NCBI GenBank assembly: GCA_035221665.1
Contig: CM069156.1
Span: 41,726,001 to 41,790,000 of the forward strand
Length of the DNA: 64,000 bases
Direction of reading: 5' to 3'
From: Okamejei kenojei
Lineage: Eukaryota
A program made the translations under genes and the position numbers. Positions 61,006 to 64,000 of this stretch are shown in pieces; positions within the stretch are counted from its first letter, which is position 1; each line of letters opens with the position of its first letter. The notes below the pieces were generated by a model that saw nothing but the letters and a program-made list of their open reading frames with translations, had not been told where the DNA came from and did not search any database.

Positions 61006-62014
61006 TTTGTCTTTGCTGTTTGCACAGAGTGTGAAGCATAGAGACTTGTTGTAGGTGTTGTAATTGATAACAGCTGTAGTTATGTGTGTGGAGGGAGGGG
61101 GAGGGAGGGTTAGGGAGAGGGAGGGTTGGAGAGAAGGGGGGAAGGAAAGAGGAGGGAGGCGGGGAGGGGGGGAAGGAAGAGGGGGGAGGCAGAGAGGGGG
61201 ACGGAGGGAGAGAGAGGGGGAGAGGGAATAGATGGAGAGAGAGAGTCCCGGGGGGGGGGGTGAGGTGAGAGAGGAGGGGGAGAGAGAGAGGTAGAGAGGA
61301 GGGATAGAGAGAGAGATTTCCTTCCTTGCTACCAAATGACTTTGCTACCAAATGCAAGAAAGCAGCTATGACATAATATTACAAATACACAATAAACAAG
61401 TTATGCTTTCTTGTACTCTTACATGGGTATGACCGCACATTTAAAAAAAAAATCATCAAAAGGGCACCGTGTAAAAATCCTCAGCAAAATACTGATTTCC
61501 AGGTACTAGGAATCTGAAATGCTCTGACAAAACTTGGCAGCTCCGAATATATCATGATATCGGCAAACTACAAAAAAAAACCTTAAAATCCATTCATTGC
61601 ACTCTATAGATTCCCTGTGTACTGTAAAGTTAGCTTTCTACATTACATAAAGATATGTTTAAATGGAATAAAGATGTTCCTTGTGTAGTTTGTCTCATGG
61701 CAACGCAATTATCACAATCTGTCTGTTGCATGCACCATCTGCTGGTCAATCTCGGTCAGTAAGAATAGATTGGCAAGTGATGTTCTCACCATAGGTAGAC
61801 AAAAGTGCTGGAGAAACTCAGCGGGTGCAGCAGCATCTATGGAGTGAAGGAAATAGGCACCGTTTCGGGACGAAACCCTTCTTCAGACTGTTCTCACCAT
61901 GCTATTCACCTGTGTAGCCACTTGCTGGATATGCTACCGGACCTGCTGAGTTACTCCAGCACTTTGAGTCTTTTTCTGTCTTTTGATTTCTGGCCTTTGC
62001 CCAACCATCTGCCT

Positions 62015-63107
62015 ATCTGGAAAGGGATCCTAGCAGAAATGAGGATGGAACAGCAATGGCAGGAATTTCTGGGCATAATCCGGAAGACGCGGGATCATTT
62101 CATTCCAAAACGAAATAAAGATTCTAAGGGGAGTAGGCGGCAACCGTGGCTGACAAGAGAAGGTAGGGATAGAATAAAACTAAAAGAAAAGATGTATAAC
62201 ACAGCAAAGAGTAGCTGGAAGCCAGAGGATTGGGAAATTTTCATAGGACAACAGAATGAAGCAAAATGGGCAATACGGGCTGAAAAGATGAAGTATGAGG
62301 TGAAGCTAGCCAGGAATGTAAAGAAGGACAGTAAAAGCTTCTTTAGATATGTTAAGGGAAAAAGAATAGCAAAGTCAAATGTGGGTCCCTTGAAGGCAGA
62401 CACGGGTGAAATTATTATGGGTAACAAAGAAATGGCAGAAGAGGTGAATAGGTACTTCGGATCTGTGTTCAATAAGGAAGACACAAACAATCTCCCAGAT
62501 GTACTGGAGGACAGAGGATTCTGCAGTTGTATAGTGCTCTGGTAACGCCACATCTGGAGTATTGTGTACAGTTTTGATCTAATTTGAGGAAGGACATCCT
62601 TGTGATTGAGGCAGTGCAGCGTAGGTTTACGAGATTGATCCCTGTGATGGCGGGACTGTCATATGAGGAAAGATTGAAATGACTAGGCTTGTATTCACTG
62701 GAGTTTAGAAGGATGAGGGGGATCTTATAGAAACATATAAAATTATAAAAGGACCGGACAAGCTGGATGCAAGAAAAAATGTTCCCAATGTTGGGCGAGT
62801 CCAGAACCAGGGGCCACAGTCTTAGAATAAAGGGGAGGCCATTTAAGAGTGAAGTGAGAAAAAACGTTTTCACCCAGAGAGTTGTGAATTTGTGGAATTA
62901 CCTGCCACAGAGGGCAGTGGAGGCCAACTAACTGGATGGATTTAAGAGAGAGTTAGATAGAGCTCTAGGGACAAGTGGAATCAAGGGATATGGGGAGAAG
63001 GCAGGCACGGGTTATTGATTTGGGATGATCAGCTATGATCACAATGAATGGCAGTGCTGGCTCAAGGGGCCGAATGGCCTCCTTCTGCATCTATTTTCTA
63101 TGTTTCT
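62015..63107 (+). mobile_element. CR1 fragments with internal deletion and 3' tail
   Basis: ORF2 linker (QPWLTREGRDRIKLK...KSFFRYVKGKR) joined at ~62515 directly to the 3' end. Tail ttctatgtttcta. Confidence 0.88.
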
Positions 63108-63284
63108 AAATCTTAGAGATTGTAGCCACAAAAGCAGTTTATTCTGGTTTTAGTTCGAAAATGAGGGGAGAATGCAGCCACCATGCTATCTCAAATTTTG
63201 CAGTTGAGTGTCCCAATTTGGGGACATTGCAGGCGTCAGCACACCCAAAATGCAATGGGATAGCCTCGCCCTGGAGAACTTTTT

Positions 63285-63551
63285 AAACATTATTTCAAAA
63301 TAGACTTCATTCAAGTAATAAATATATACAATACAGGAACTGTGCAAAAATGTCATCTGACAATTTTGGAGGCTTTACAAACATTCAAAACTGTTTACAC
63401 AAATTTCACACATCCCATATTTTTGAGGGGCATCCCCACCACACCCTGCCCGCCAATGTCCAGCAGCGGAATGACCCTCGACCCTGGTCTTCCCCCATAG
63501 AGCCTTGGCGTTGGCTGCACCGAGCTTCAGTGAGTCCCTCAGCAAATACTC
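63285..63551 (-). mobile_element. Tx1/L1-like LINE 3' end fragment
   Basis: EYLLRDSLKLGAANAKALWGKT resembles the Tx1-type ORF2 C-terminus and is followed by an A-rich tail. Confidence 0.5.
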
Positions 63552-64000
63552 AAGTTCAAGTTCAACTTCAAGTGAGTTTATTATCATGTGTCCCTGATAG
63601 GACAATGAAATTCTTGCTTTGCTTGAGCACACAGAACATAGAAGGCATTTACTACAAAACAAATCAGTGTGTCCATATACCATATATAAATATATACACA
63701 CATGAATAAATAAACGAATAAAGTGCAAATAACATATAATGGGTTATTAGTTATCAGAGATTTGTCCGAGCCAGGTTTAATAGCCTGATGGCTGTGGGGA
63801 AGTAGCTATTCCTGAACCTGGTCGTTACAGTCTTCAGGCTCCTGTACCTTCTTCCCGCAGGTAGCTGGGAGATGAGTGTGTGGCCAGGATGGTGTGGGTC
63901 TTTGATGATACTGCCAGCCTTTTTGGGGCAGCGACAGCAATAAATCACCTCGATGGAAGGAAGGTCAGACCCGATGACGGACTGGCAGTGCTTACTACTT
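63552..64000 (-). mobile_element. Rex1/Babar-like LINE 3' end (runs off the window)
   Basis: KKAGSIIKDPHHPGH..LPAGRRYRSLKT.TTRFRNSYFPTAIRLLN, with a (CTTGAA)n tail at 63551-63572. Confidence 0.75.

Noticed and set aside
61805-62545. 246-aa ORF as a host gene
   Set aside because: Chimera of a Penelope-derived repeat and a CR1 ORF2 fragment.

Overview
This is repeat-dense eukaryotic DNA from a cartilaginous fish, most likely a skate or ray, judged from HE1-type V-SINEs, CR1/HER1-type LINEs and a sigma-cart light chain. The only clear host gene is an intact immunoglobulin light-chain cluster of the sigma-cart (type I/NS5) isotype on the minus strand. It has a leader exon (15678-15726), a germline-joined V-J exon (14990-15349), a C exon (13118-13446) and a polyA signal (12835-12840). 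The rest is mostly mobile DNA: a DIRS tyrosine-recombinase retrotransposon with both ends and its internal complementary region (~160-5234), a Penelope-like element and many Penelope-derived short repeats carrying hammerhead-ribozyme-like cores, two Tc1 copies, a near-intact full-length CR1 with tandem 5' monomers (44613-49085), and a full-length class I endogenous retrovirus (50781-60649; tRNA-Pro PBS, TAGA target duplication, ERV3/HERV-I-type env) whose empty site survives in a paralogous block at ~38370. From 16.4 kb onward the window is a mosaic of three duplicated blocks (X-Y-X'-Z-Y'-Z'). Block Z carries an unexplained promoter-like module with six CCAAT boxes at ~32-bp periodicity, a CHR-like hexamer and YY1-like motifs, next to an orphan ORF. 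Several stretches (1-9.5 kb, 31-33.5 kb, 50-60 kb) are indel-rich like unpolished long-read consensus, so many frameshifts may be artefacts. There is an N gap at 23835-23992. All family assignments come from motif recognition by eye; no searches were run.
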